A DNA stretch of 64,000 bases, taken from contig OZ025692.1 in assembly GCA_964019335.1 (NCBI GenBank), positions 124,001-188,000 of the forward strand. The letters run 5' to 3'. This DNA is from Diplonema japonicum. Its lineage: Eukaryota; Protista; Euglenozoa: Diplonemea. The position numbers and the translations under genes are program-made. Below, one piece after another: positions 21,383 to 32,211 of this stretch. Positions within the stretch are counted from its first letter, which is position 1. The number at the start of each line of letters is the position of its first letter. A model generated the notes under the pieces. The model searched no databases and was not told where the DNA came from. It saw only the letters and a program-made list of their open reading frames with translations.

Positions 21383-23337
21383 TCAGTAAAGCTGCAACAG
21401 CGTCTCATCATATTCATCTGTATCCGAAAAAAAAAAAAAAAAAATGAAGGACAAAAAAAAAAACACCCCTTCCCCATACATTTATGCTGGACTGAGAAGC
21501 CCATCGCCTTCGCTGCCGTGACGCACTGGAGGAGGAGGCGGGAAGATGAGGAGCAAGCGGTGTGGGCAGTAAAGATAATGTCGTCGGCGTTGTTCGTGAT
21601 GAAAACGGCTATAGAAGGAGGGTGGGCAGCAGTGAGCGCTTTCATGAGCAAAGCAGTGTGGTACAAAACGCCCTCATGTTGCTTGAAAGACCAGTGTTCA
21701 AGGAGAGACAAGAGGGTGGCAGGGAGACCCTTCTCTGTGAGGAGTCTGCCAGACTGCCTGACGCAGTCGAAGTCAGGCTCATCGAGGAAGGCGTGGAGGC
21801 ACGTGACGAGTGCCTCTACGCATGACGCGTCTTCAGCCACCACGCCCTGCCCGTTGAGGAGCTCTAGTACTGTTTCGTGGTGGCCCAGCTCGCACCCCCA
21901 CGAGATGATTTCCTCATTACTGCGTACAAAGGCAGACACTAACTGTGCCGTCCACTTCACAAGGTACACGTCCTCACGGTATGTCTGCACTGCGCGTGTT
22001 ATGTACTGCAGGCCTTGCTGCTCTATGAAGACGTCCTTCGAGGCCTCCGGGTTGGGTGCCACTGAGAACAGGTTTGCCAGGGCATACGAGCACCACTGCA
22101 AAATGAGCGGTTTTTCCGCAAAGTTCCGGACAGCGTTCAGCAAAAGCGAGACGCAGCTCTCGACCCCTTCCATCTTCGCAAGACCCTCTTCTGTGTCGGA
22201 CGCACGCGACAGCGCCGCCACCGCTTTGCACACTACATCCTCGTCATCCCAATGCCGCTTCATCACTTCCACAATGGCCTCCACACCGTGTTCCTTTCCT
22301 ATTAACTGCACGTTGAACCGCTGCGAGTGGCATGTCAGCTCCATCAGCCCCCGCCGTGCTAGCAGCGCGTTGTAAGGGAAGGCGTGCAGCAGCAAGATGA
22401 TCGTTCCGTACCTGTTCTTTTCGTACCAGCTGTCCCACACGTCCTTCCAGAATATCTTGTTCCGCACCACGGGCACCTCCGTGTCGTCATTGGGGTATCC
22501 GAACGACGTGAACTTGTCGCACAGCCCGGGGTCCTCGTCCATGAAGTCCAGCTCCACGTGCTTCATCTGCATCGAGTGGAACATGTGCCGCATGATATCG
22601 TTGATGTTCGCCGTGATGTGAACCCCACCGCTCATGTGCCCGATCCCTACGAAAAGGCCTTCCTCATTAAAGACAGCTCCCCCAGAGGAGGCGTACCCTG
22701 GTGGGGTACGCGTGCTGTGAGTTACGTAGTGCGGCTCTTCAGACGCTACTTTTGTGAGGTGGAACTTCCTCGGTTCGACACCGTTGGGGTGCTGGATAAT
22801 AAGACAAGTGTCGTCTTGCTTGAGCGACTGCGCGAAAGGCTTCACAATGGGCAACGGGAGGGGCACAGCATGCACAACACCACCCTTCAGGGAGAATAGT
22901 TCACACGCGACGAGAGTGTACCCGACTGAGGAAGGTTCCATGTTTTCTCCAATCGAGGAGTAATAAAAGATGGAAGGGAGCAGCCTCGTCGTGTGTGTGA
23001 CCCACTCAGTAGGATCATGCCCTGTTACGGGAATCTCAAAGGTTGCTGTTGCGCTTGCAGCTGCATCACAGGTAGGGAGCACCGAAGGGTACGTTAATAT
23101 TACACCAACCTCTGGGCAGACAGGGCACCCATCTATCGCAACAGGCATCTTTTCAGGGTCCTTCTTTACTCTCCTTGATATGAGCACGCCACTGCCCCGG
23201 CCGTTTATTCTACAGACAGCTTCGCTCCCTTTGCCTATCACAGCTATCACATCTGTGGACCTGTGAAGGTTGAGTTCTTCAAACATGCAACGCTCGAACT
23301 CTGCTGACACTTCATATTTTGTCGTGATGACCTCCAT
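21383..23337 (-). CDS. Trypsin-like (probably inactive) domain fused to ARM-like repeats
   Basis: GSGVLI, ILTYPSV (expected His absent), IIQHPNG and ASSGGAVFNEEG..VGI, followed by ARM-like helical repeats. Intron 21418-21479 gives ...HKYEYDETLLQLY*. Confidence 0.78.
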
Positions 23338-23400
23338 ATTAGCCTGCAGTGTGGGTAGTGGTGAAGGATTGTATATAACGTTTCATGGCAGACCGTCGTT

Positions 23401-23649
23401 TCATTTTCTTTTCGGGATTTTTTTGGGTTTGGTGGCGTTGGGTTGGTCGATCTTCCTGGGGGGAAGCACTCTCTGCTTGCTCAAACTGAAGTACCCCGGG
23501 TATTCCGACAGCACGAAGCCCCACACCAAAAACCCAAACACGAAGAACAAGAACTCGGACGGCAGCCCCATCGTATTCGCTAGACTGTCCCACCATGCGG
23601 GGAAGTAACTCAAGATCTCCTCCTCCATTCCGCCCCCTTCGGCATCCAT
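23401..23649 (-). CDS. Small single-pass membrane protein
   Basis: MDAEGGGMEEE... with one hydrophobic segment (FLFFVFGFLVWGFVL) and a basic tail; same strand as its neighbours. Confidence 0.6.
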   Translation of the reverse strand: MDAEGGGMEEEILSYFPAWWDSLANTMGLPSEFLFFVFGFLVWGFVLSEYPGYFSLSKQRVLPPRKIDQPNATKPKKIPKRK

Positions 23650-23722
23650 ATTTTCTCTTTTTCTTTTTTTGCAAAGGGGGCTGTGGGGGATTGATTCGGC
23701 ATCATACATATCTCTGAATAAC

Positions 23723-23779
<57 letters not shown>

Positions 23780-23832
23780 CCTTTTTAAAAAAAAGGTTTT
23801 TGAATTCCACCAACATGATGTTTACACCTCCT

Positions 23833-25608
23833 TCACGGAGTAGCACCAGGCGCTTGGTACGCGGGAGGGTAAGGAGGCGGGTAGTAAGGTGGATATGGGT
23901 AGTAATATTGCTGGTGCTGGTGGTGGTGGTGGTGGTGGTGGTGGTGAGGGTAATCATTTGGGACATGGGGTGCAGTAGTGGGAGGAACTGCCGCATCTGC
24001 CTGATCAGGAAGCTTGAAGCACTCTCCAAGGAACTCGTCCAGGATCCACTTCCCCTTCTCAGATGAGAATTTATCCACAGACTCCGGGGGAACCACCTCG
24101 ATGTCCTCGGGATTCTTCGAAGGAGCAAAGTATTTCGCAAACAACGGACATTGCACCATTTTACACAGTCTCCCTTCACCCACGAGTTCGTAGAGCCCAC
24201 CGTTCCTTGAGACCACAGGCCGCTTTTTTTCCTTACGTTGTTCGCTCACCCAGTTTGTGACCCTGTTTTCTTCGGCCCCGGACTCTAAAGATTCCTGTGA
24301 GAATTTCTTCAGGATCGATATGGCGGTCTCGGCGCAGTCCGGTCTGGATCGGATGCTTGTGATGTTCTTGAGGATTCGAAGCAGCCCTGACTCCACGACC
24401 CATGCCAGGTTGGTCTTCCCTTTAGGCAGGGACATGAGGTCTTTCAAGATGTCTAGCGTTTCTTCAAAATCGTCCTCCGAACCAGCCTTCAACAGGATCG
24501 TCATCTTGCTAGCAAGCCTCACGTACTCCTCAATTGTAATGAATGTCGATGCAATGCTAGCGTCGGTGTGTGCTGGTTTTTTTCTTCGCGACGATCTCGC
24601 GGCAGGTTCGGTGGCTGCCGTTCTCTTTCTGCTGCTTCGCTGCTGTGGTTTCTTAGACCGTGCAGGGCTGTTGCCGCCGCTCTCTCCATCTGATGTGGAA
24701 AACTTCACAACACTGTCAGGTACGAACCCAGGTGTTCCCCACGAGGCGGAGTCAAGTGTCATGCTCTCAACGTCAGGATGAGCTTTGCTATAGTCTTCCA
24801 TCAGCTTGTCGCGAACGATGTCGTCCCAAGGCAGCTTCTCATTGCACACCGGGCAGTTCCATCGGAACACCGCGCCACGTCCGAATGCTAAATTCAACCA
24901 TGTCAACAGGTCGAAACACTGCAAATGAGTGCACGACGCACCACGGACCATGGGCGGTACCATCTTCCCCTGCGAGGCGGGGTCTTTGAAAGAGATTTCT
25001 GTCTGCATGGACACCTCGTCTGAGCCTGTCAAAACCTGGGCGGGTTTTAACTTCGAAAACTCGCTCTTTGCCAGGTCCATGGGTTCGATTCTCTTGCAGA
25101 TAAGAACAAGAATGGTGTGAATGTCTGCCCATTCCCGTTCCGGTGGGTAGTCGACGGGCTTGATACGCTGTTTGACCTGTATGTTGAGCATCTTGTCGGA
25201 GCTAATGTGCGAGGCTGGGACTGTTAGGAACATCTGGTTAGGGACGACCTGCCCATCTTCGTCCATGGTTCCATTGACAAGACGGTTGTTCAGCTTAACT
25301 TCTACCTCGAAGGAGCCTCTGAAGGTTGGCCATGGAAGGACTCGTTCCGTGCTTGGGTCGAAGACTGCTATGTGGAGGAGGGCGGGGCTGCCTGTTTTCG
25401 CCAGGGCACTCCGCATCTCGGGGTCTAAACTGCCTACTATATCCATGGCCCCCTGTGTCCATTCAACATCGCTGCTCGCCACCAGTCTGCAAATAGGGTA
25501 CAAGGGAGAGTACCCCACGGCCCCCACCACACCCGCAACCCCGCCCTTCCTTAATTTTGAAACCGGTTCATCTATGTTCTTTAATATCTTGCAAGCGGCA
25601 TTCGCCAT
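23833..25608 (-). CDS. SIZ/PIAS-type SP-RING SUMO E3 ligase with a possible TFIIS N-terminal-like helical domain
   Basis: ISFKDPAS..M..P.VRG..CTHLQCFD...WNCPVC is an MIZ/SP-RING. Basic NLS-like linker and His/Tyr/Pro tail. Confidence 0.82.
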   Translation of the reverse strand: MANAACKILKNIDEPVSKLRKGGVAGVVGAVGYSPLYPICRLVASSDVEWTQGAMDIVGSLDPEMRSALAKTGSPALLHIAVFDPSTERVLPWPTFRGSFEVEVKLNNRLVNGTMDEDGQVVPNQMFLTVPASHISSDKMLNIQVKQRIKPVDYPPEREWADIHTILVLICKRIEPMDLAKSEFSKLKPAQVLTGSDEVSMQTEISFKDPASQGKMVPPMVRGASCTHLQCFDLLTWLNLAFGRGAVFRWNCPVCNEKLPWDDIVRDKLMEDYSKAHPDVESMTLDSASWGTPGFVPDSVVKFSTSDGESGGNSPARSKKPQQRSSRKRTAATEPAARSSRRKKPAHTDASIASTFITIEEYVRLASKMTILLKAGSEDDFEETLDILKDLMSLPKGKTNLAWVVESGLLRILKNITSIRSRPDCAETAISILKKFSQESLESGAEENRVTNWVSEQRKEKKRPVVSRNGGLYELVGEGRLCKMVQCPLFAKYFAPSKNPEDIEVVPPESVDKFSSEKGKWILDEFLGECFKLPDQADAAVPPTTAPHVPNDYPHHHHHHHHHQHQQYYYPYPPYYPPPYPPAYQAPGATP

Positions 25609-26423
25609 ATTCCTTTTATTTAATTTCCTTTTTTTTTTTTTTCCGGTTCAAAAGATGCGCTTTTCAACCGGCTCCTACTAGGTTGGAGTTTTTTTTGCGG
25701 GAATTGAAAAAAAAAAAAAATGAAAAAAAAAAGGAAAACAAAAGAAAAAACAAAAAAAAGGAAAATTGGTTGGGGCACAGAATAAAAGGGGGGGAAAAAA
25801 GGGGGTGGGCTTTCCCGTTTTGTACGAAAAAAAGACCCCTCCCTCGGGGAAAACAAAAAAGAAATATGAAATGAATCAATAAAAAAAAAGGTAAGAGTGT
25901 CGAGTGGAAAGTGGGTGTTGTTTTCTTTCTTTAAAAAAAAAATCTTTTTTATTCGAAACAGGTGTGCGATGGGAGCAGAGAATTTGGGGGTGACGGAGGG
26001 GGCTTTTTTAAAAAAAAGAGCGCTTTTGCTGCGCTGGCATTTTATTCTTTTTTTTTTTCCTCTTTTGGGTGGGGTGATTTTTAAAAAAAAAAAGAAGAAG
26101 AAAGAAGTGCTGCAGGGGCAATGAAGAGACAGAACGAAAAAATAAGAAAATAATAAAAAAAGGAAGAAACCTCTTTTCACAACTTTGTTCTTTCTCGCTC
26201 TCTCTCTTTTTTTTTTTTTTTTTTTTTTTGCTTAATTACTCTCAACCCCCAACTTTCTATAACAATTCTTTTTTTTTTTTTTTTTTTAAATTTATTTCCC
26301 TCCCCCGCTGTCATTCACAAAAAAAAAAAAAACACACAAAAAATATTAGGGGGAAAAAAAAAAAGCGAAGGGGGGGAAAGCAGGTGAGTATGAAACAATA
26401 TTTTTTTTTTTCTTCCAAAATGC

Positions 26424-27158
26424 TCAGAGATCATGCACCACGATGCCCTGTGTGGGGGCGGGGGCAGGGGCGTAGCCAGGCTGCTGTTGCGCGACGACCG
26501 CCACCTGGCGGACGATGACAGCATCCTTCAGATAGTGGTTGCGAAGGAAAATGCAAACCATGAAGAACAGCGTCGCGACCACCGCAACCTTGATCCAGAA
26601 GTTCTTCGAGTCGATGCAGAGCCTTGAACCGTCCTTGTTGTCAAGCTCCAGGTACCACCTAGGGCACCCACAGGGGCTGTGGTGCTCAGCACGCTCACGC
26701 CTGTGGTGGAACTCATTGTGACGGTGGTGGTGACGGTGGTTCACATCCCACTGCCCATGGAAGGCCTCACACTGCCCCTGGGTGTGGATCGTGTCAGGGT
26801 CAAACTCATGAGGGGTGTGGTAGCTCGATACCACAATGGCAGCCATAATGCTAAACAGCGCCATCTTCAACGCCTGCACTGCGAACCCCGTTGCCGCACC
26901 AGCCTTACCGTGTTTCGAGTTGAAGTACAGCAGAGTGCACGCAACACCGAAAATGTGGCAGAAAAAGGTACTCAAACATGCCGGCCAGAAGTGCATGACG
27001 GTGGGCTCCACCGTGTTGATGACCACCACCGTGTCCTGCATCGCCTCGGTGGGCACACCGATAGCCGGGTCGTCCTTGCACACTTCGGGGAGATTCTCAA
27101 ACCCCTCAGTCTGCATCAGACCGACTTCCTCCTCATCGGGATGAGTCTGCACGCCCAT
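26424..27158 (-). CDS. Hypothetical multi-pass membrane protein with a His/Cys-rich loop
   Basis: Likely ATG 27158 (MGVQTHPD), about 3 hydrophobic segments. The upstream ORF-track extension is homopolymer. Confidence 0.7.
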   Translation of the reverse strand: MGVQTHPDEEEVGLMQTEGFENLPEVCKDDPAIGVPTEAMQDTVVVINTVEPTVMHFWPACLSTFFCHIFGVACTLLYFNSKHGKAGAATGFAVQALKMALFSIMAAIVVSSYHTPHEFDPDTIHTQGQCEAFHGQWDVNHRHHHRHNEFHHRRERAEHHSPCGCPRWYLELDNKDGSRLCIDSKNFWIKVAVVATLFFMVCIFLRNHYLKDAVIVRQVAVVAQQQPGYAPAPAPTQGIVVHDL

Positions 27159-27363
27159 ATTTCTGTGTTTTTTTTTGGAGAAGAAAAGGTGGCTGTCGAG
27201 GGGGTTGAAAAGCGGGTGGGGAAAAAAAAAAAAAAAAAAAAAAAAACGTGAGTAATAAAAAAAAAAAAAAAAAAAAAAACGAAAGCAAAAGAGCCTGTAG
27301 TCTTGCTCTCTGCGGCCTCTTCTCGTCATAGGGGATGCGAGTGCCTTTGGAAGAAAAAACGAA

Positions 27364-27395
<32 letters not shown>

Positions 27396-27514
27396 AAAAA
27401 AAAAAACACCACTCTTTGAAAACTCATATTTTTTTGTACACAAGAAAATTGCGCCTGACAAATATATCTTGGGGGGGGGGGGGGGAGGAATTTCCTCTTC
27501 TTCTTCCACTCTTC

Positions 27515-28651
27515 CTAGTTCAAAAGCGACCCGACAAACACCACCTCATGCTCCTTAGGATTGTTCGTGTAAAGGGTAAAGGTCAGCTTCTTCCAATCGA
27601 AAAGCGCCGTCGTCAGCGTGTACAACCCTGTGATATCACCGTTGCGGTTGTCGGGCGCACCATGGTACACAGGGTAGGACGCGTTGTGATGATCACCAAG
27701 AACATTAAAAGCAGTGCTGGCATCAGTAGGGGGAGGCATCTGAGAAGCACGCACTTCACGTGCAATGGACCCCCAGTCGGTGAACTGCGGCCGGTTGGTA
27801 ATAAGTACATATGTGTTCGCGTGGAAGTGAGGAGCATCGCCAGTCGCAACATTAAGAATCTTGTTCTCCACCCCGTACGTCTCCACGTCGGCAGTCTCAC
27901 CTGTCTTGATGTCAAGCATCTGGTAATTGTGCCCCGCGATCATGGGACGGGTTTTCAATACCCCCATCGCACTCTGGAAGCTACCAGCAGACAACAGCTC
28001 TCTCGACACAAATCCCCTGCCCAACCCGTTTAGATATCCTTCGGAGGGAGGCACCTTGTTCAATGTAAATCCAAACATCCCTGCTTTGTACCCAAACGCG
28101 CCTGTTGCCAGGTCACCCATATACACGTAAGCTACCCAGTTCGGTCCAGAACCCACAGTGACGTTGGCGAGAAAGGTGTAGCCAAGGTCTGAGAAATCCG
28201 AATCTTCATTGTGAGAAAGGAAGACGTTGTCCTTGTTGTGAACTATGTAGTCGGAGCACTTGTCGGCGGTGATGGTGGCGTTGGGTGCATACAACGAGAA
28301 CTCCTGGATGAGGTTCATGGCGAAGATCTCGTGGAAGTCCACCCCAGACCCCTCGGCGATCCCCTTCAGCTCCTCAATATACATTGGGTACGTCTTCTGG
28401 TGGTTCCCCATGAAGGTGTCGTAAACGTTCTGTCCCTCCACCGTCGTCAGGTACGGCTTCACCCGTTTGTTGAGGGCATCGTTTCCCGCCAGTCTTTTTT
28501 TGATGCCGGTGGCGAACCTTGTTCCCATCTGCTTGCCGAGGTCGTAGTGGCCCTCTGTTGTGTCGGGGAAGACACCGTTGAAGACCTCTGGTGCGGGGTA
28601 CCCAGCCGCACATGCGGACATCCATGCCACTACTGCGATTTTTGAAAACAT
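27515..28651 (-). CDS. Secreted Ntn-hydrolase, peptidase C45 / acyl-CoA:6-APA acyltransferase (Tan-like) family
   Basis: Signal peptide, YIEELKGIAEGSG, DK|CSD nucleophile site, SHNED and HANTY. Confidence 0.85.
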   Translation of the reverse strand: MFSKIAVVAWMSACAAGYPAPEVFNGVFPDTTEGHYDLGKQMGTRFATGIKKRLAGNDALNKRVKPYLTTVEGQNVYDTFMGNHQKTYPMYIEELKGIAEGSGVDFHEIFAMNLIQEFSLYAPNATITADKCSDYIVHNKDNVFLSHNEDSDFSDLGYTFLANVTVGSGPNWVAYVYMGDLATGAFGYKAGMFGFTLNKVPPSEGYLNGLGRGFVSRELLSAGSFQSAMGVLKTRPMIAGHNYQMLDIKTGETADVETYGVENKILNVATGDAPHFHANTYVLITNRPQFTDWGSIAREVRASQMPPPTDASTAFNVLGDHHNASYPVYHGAPDNRNGDITGLYTLTTALFDWKKLTFTLYTNNPKEHEVVFVGSLLN

Positions 28652-29780
28652 TATCGGTAGGGGTTTTTTTCTTTTTTTCTTTTCTTTGTTTCCCCTTTCT
28701 TTTTTTCCCCCTCCCTCCCCTGTCTGTTTTTCGTTAAAAATTGGAAAAGATGGGGGGTGGGGGAAGAATGCTTCACAAGAAGGTGCGGTGGACTGGATTT
28801 CTTCTTTTTTTTTTTTTTTTAATTTAAAATACTGCTAACCAAATCTTTCGATTCAGGTAAGGTGTTTTAGCTTGACCAGCACACCATGTTGTAGTCAGAG
28901 TTACCAAGGCTGGAACACCATGATTTCTTTAGAAGATCGCACTCAGTGAGAAGTTACACAAGCACATCACCCCGTGCATCAGGTATTGGCCTAGAAAATT
29001 GCATTGAAACACCTAAACGCCAAAGATTTCTTCACTATTTTCGGGTGAATTTTCTTTCTTGGTTCGGGAACAGTTCCCCCCCTCCTGAGTTCTACTGCAC
29101 CACTTGTGACTTACGGGTTAATATCGAGGGGGAAAAGTGAAAAGGGAAAAGAAAGAGTGAAACAACACAATAAGGATACGAAGTAGGGGGTTTGCCCAAA
29201 GACCGGAACTGATTTTATCATCAGTCTACAACAAAAAAAAAAAAAAGCTGGCATTTTCTAAACAAAAAACAAGACAAAAAAAAAAAAACTATTCTTTTAA
29301 GGTATGCGTTTTTGCGCTCACCGGCCGAGCTGCGCTTAGTCCCCGTAAAAAAAAAAAAAAAACGGTCCTTTATGGTAAAACTCAAAAAGGACGAAAAACA
29401 CTTGTATATCAAGAATCAAATGAAAGAAAAGGATTTTCAACCGCCAGGACGCAGGCCCCAAGGGCTCGGTAAAAAGAAAAAAAAAGAAAATAAAATGGCC
29501 TTCCCCCCTTTTCCCAGTAAAAGAGAAATAAAATAAAAAAGGTAGAAAAAAAAATGAAAGAAAACGAAATATCACGTGGGGAGAAGGTTCTCACTGTAAA
29601 TGGGGGAAAGACGTGTAGCAACGTGGGGGGCTGCAGGCACCAGGTGTACTGAAATACAAACGACTTCTTCCAGCCAACTCTTCATTCTTCCCCCCTCAAA
29701 AAAAAAAAAAAACTAATCTCGCCATCTACTAAACTGTATTTTGGAAGAAAAAAAAAAACATGATTAGAGTTGTTGACAAA

Positions 29781-31202
29781 TTACGGAGGATTCTTCCTAA
29801 AACCGTCCCTGCACCTTGTCCAATTCTCACCAGGTGACCTGTGCGTGTTCAGATACTGCTCCATGTCATGTACCCAAGGCCCTTTATTCTCGTTAAGCTT
29901 TGCCCACCCAACACCCCTGGACACAGGAACAAGGGGTGAAGCAGGGAAATCTGTCATAGGCACGAAAGGCACTGCGTCAGGCACCCTGCATTTTTCGGTG
30001 AGAGGTTCCCAGGTGAAGAATTTAAACTGCGACATCCAAGAGACCTTGTTCGCCTTTACCTTGAGGTTTGAATGTGCCACCGCAACAGAGCTTCTCACAG
30101 AAGCTGGTGTTTTGTAACGGTACTCCGCCATATACCTTGATACGGGTCCTCTAGATGTGGGTTGCATAGAAAGGTGAGATGATGTTGGGAAATGGTATTC
30201 AGGAAGCACGCATAACACCAATGTGTTTGGAGATACCTTTGAGGTGTCGGTCCAAGGCCGCCCGGTCTGCGCGTCAAGAAGGGACAACGAGGCGTGCATG
30301 GCCGGCTGCTCGCGAGAGTTAAGACATTTCATCATCTCGGTCCAGATTTTGTACATTTTTCGAACTTTTTTGTTGAGGTTCCACACGAGGAAGCCGCCTA
30401 CTGGTTCGACCCGCATACGCTTCTCCCACGCCCCACCGTTGTGAGCGTCGTTTACAACATAGCCATCGCAGTTTTCAATGTTGTTCGTTGTCAGGTAGTC
30501 TATCACTTCCAAGGGGTCCCTCAACCAAGCTGTGTCACCATCCGTGAAGATGAGCTGTCGGACTTTACCAGCGTGTGAAAGCTTGTTCACGATAATCCGC
30601 GAGAACATAGTCCGCTTGTGGATGAAGTCAATGTACTCAGGAGTTGCATTGTACGTTGTTCGGAGTGCTTGCCCAGATGTCCCTTGCCAGTATAAAGGGT
30701 CCCAGTGCACGTGGTCTTGAAAGCCGAGGCGGACTGCGATGTCAAATGCGTCCTGGTCTGTTGTCACAATGACGTAAGAGTCCCATTTAAGGGACTTAAA
30801 ACCGCAAATGAGGTTTGGGACCAGGCCTTCTTTGAAATATGCAGCGTTGGAGAAAACGACGGAGAGGGCGCCCTTGGGGTTTCCCCACTTCTCAAATATG
30901 TCTTGTGACTCGACCTTTGGTAGGTCTTTGCTGGACGCTTCGTCATCTGTGACGTGAACGAAATTCTCGTTGTTGTTGTTGTTGTTGTTGTTGTCATCTG
31001 TTGTTGGTGTTGACAGTAGCTCGTCGAGCAGGCTTTCTTCCCTCATTGTCCCAGACCGCCATCTGAACAATGCTCTGCTGTCCTTCAACACATCAAAATC
31101 CCGCCGCTTGCCACCGCTCTCTACTGTCCCTGCATACCATTCGACTGTCACAATTACCACCAACACTGCCCCTATGACTTTAGCATATGCAATGCTTGAC
31201 AT
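29781..31202 (-). CDS. Type II membrane nucleotide-diphospho-sugar transferase (GT77-like)
   Basis: N-terminal TM anchor, DxD motif FTDGDTAWLRDPL, GGFL and EQPAM. Confidence 0.75.
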   Translation of the reverse strand: MSSIAYAKVIGAVLVVIVTVEWYAGTVESGGKRRDFDVLKDSRALFRWRSGTMREESLLDELLSTPTTDDNNNNNNNNENFVHVTDDEASSKDLPKVESQDIFEKWGNPKGALSVVFSNAAYFKEGLVPNLICGFKSLKWDSYVIVTTDQDAFDIAVRLGFQDHVHWDPLYWQGTSGQALRTTYNATPEYIDFIHKRTMFSRIIVNKLSHAGKVRQLIFTDGDTAWLRDPLEVIDYLTTNNIENCDGYVVNDAHNGGAWEKRMRVEPVGGFLVWNLNKKVRKMYKIWTEMMKCLNSREQPAMHASLSLLDAQTGRPWTDTSKVSPNTLVLCVLPEYHFPTSSHLSMQPTSRGPVSRYMAEYRYKTPASVRSSVAVAHSNLKVKANKVSWMSQFKFFTWEPLTEKCRVPDAVPFVPMTDFPASPLVPVSRGVGWAKLNENKGPWVHDMEQYLNTHRSPGENWTRCRDGFRKNPP

Positions 31203-31654
31203 GGGGGAGGGGAGGAGGGGGACGCCTTGTTGTTTTTTTTAAAACCCCCCCCGTCCAGCAGTATATTCGGGCAAAATAAGAAACAGGAGCAAGGGAAGAG
31301 GGGGTTTGGTTTCTTTTTCCTTTTTTTTTTCTTTTTTTTTTTCTTCTTTTTTTGCAATGTATCAATGCAAAAAAGAAGTTTTTCTTCTCTTTCTTTTTCT
31401 TTTTTTTTCTTTTTTTTTGAGAGTGTTCCTTCTATCTGTGAAACCTCTCTTGGAAGAAGAAAAAAAAGAGGGAGAAATTAAACAAGTGCTTTTTAAGGAT
31501 ATCGTAAGCGTTACTTTTCTGCTCATTTTGTTGTGTTGAGTTTTGTTGTGGCGCCTCTGAGAGAAAAACTCATCACGACCCACCACTCTCTTTTTTTGGC
31601 ACCATTGCGCGACTCTTTTCACTTTTGGTTATTAGCTTGTGGGCTGAGTCGTTA

Positions 31655-31717
31655 AAAAGGTTTCTTTGAAGGGAACCTGCAGTGTATGTGACAGGATCGC
31701 CTAAGAAAGAAAAAAAA
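31655..31717. repeat. Dispersed ~60-bp motif, copy 2
   Basis: aaaaggtttctttgaagggaacctgcagtgtatgtgacaggatcgcctaagaaagaaaa. Confidence 0.85.
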
Positions 31718-32211
31718 GTAAATAACAATTCCCCTTCTTATACCAGCAATTGCTGTTCTGAAGAGTGGTGCACTTCTACTTCTACTTTTTTCCCATTCTT
31801 TTTTTTTTTTCTTTCTCCATTCGCTTGAGTTTTCTATTTTGTTTTCTTCCCCCTTCCCGATCTGCTCCCCCCCCCCCCCCCCCCCCTCCCCCGTCCCCTT
31901 CTTTTTTATTAAAGAATGAAGAAAAAAAAGAGAGGACTCTTTTTTTTTTTTTTCTTCCCCCCAACGAACCTTATGAAGGATAACACTGCCAAAAAAAAAG
32001 GGTGGGAACAACGGGGAACAAAAAAAAAAAAAAAAACAGAAAATAAATGGGGCTTTTGGTTGCATTACTATTTGGTGTTAAAAAAAAGATCCGGCTGTTC
32101 TTATTCTATTCATTTTACCGAAGTGATTAACAACGGCACGGCGGCGTGCCTACTTTATGATGTTCCCCTTTTGAGGCCGTTCCTAGAAGGGAAAAAAAAG
32201 AAAATTGTATC

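Noticed and set aside
18003-25608. CSN4, SKP1-like and SUMO ligase close together as a functional cluster
   Set aside because: Unrelated genes are interspersed, and euglenozoan gene clusters are generally not functionally grouped; chance is sufficient without synteny data.
25645-25690. Small hairpin upstream of the SP-RING gene
   Set aside because: An 11-bp interrupted stem in single copy is compatible with chance.
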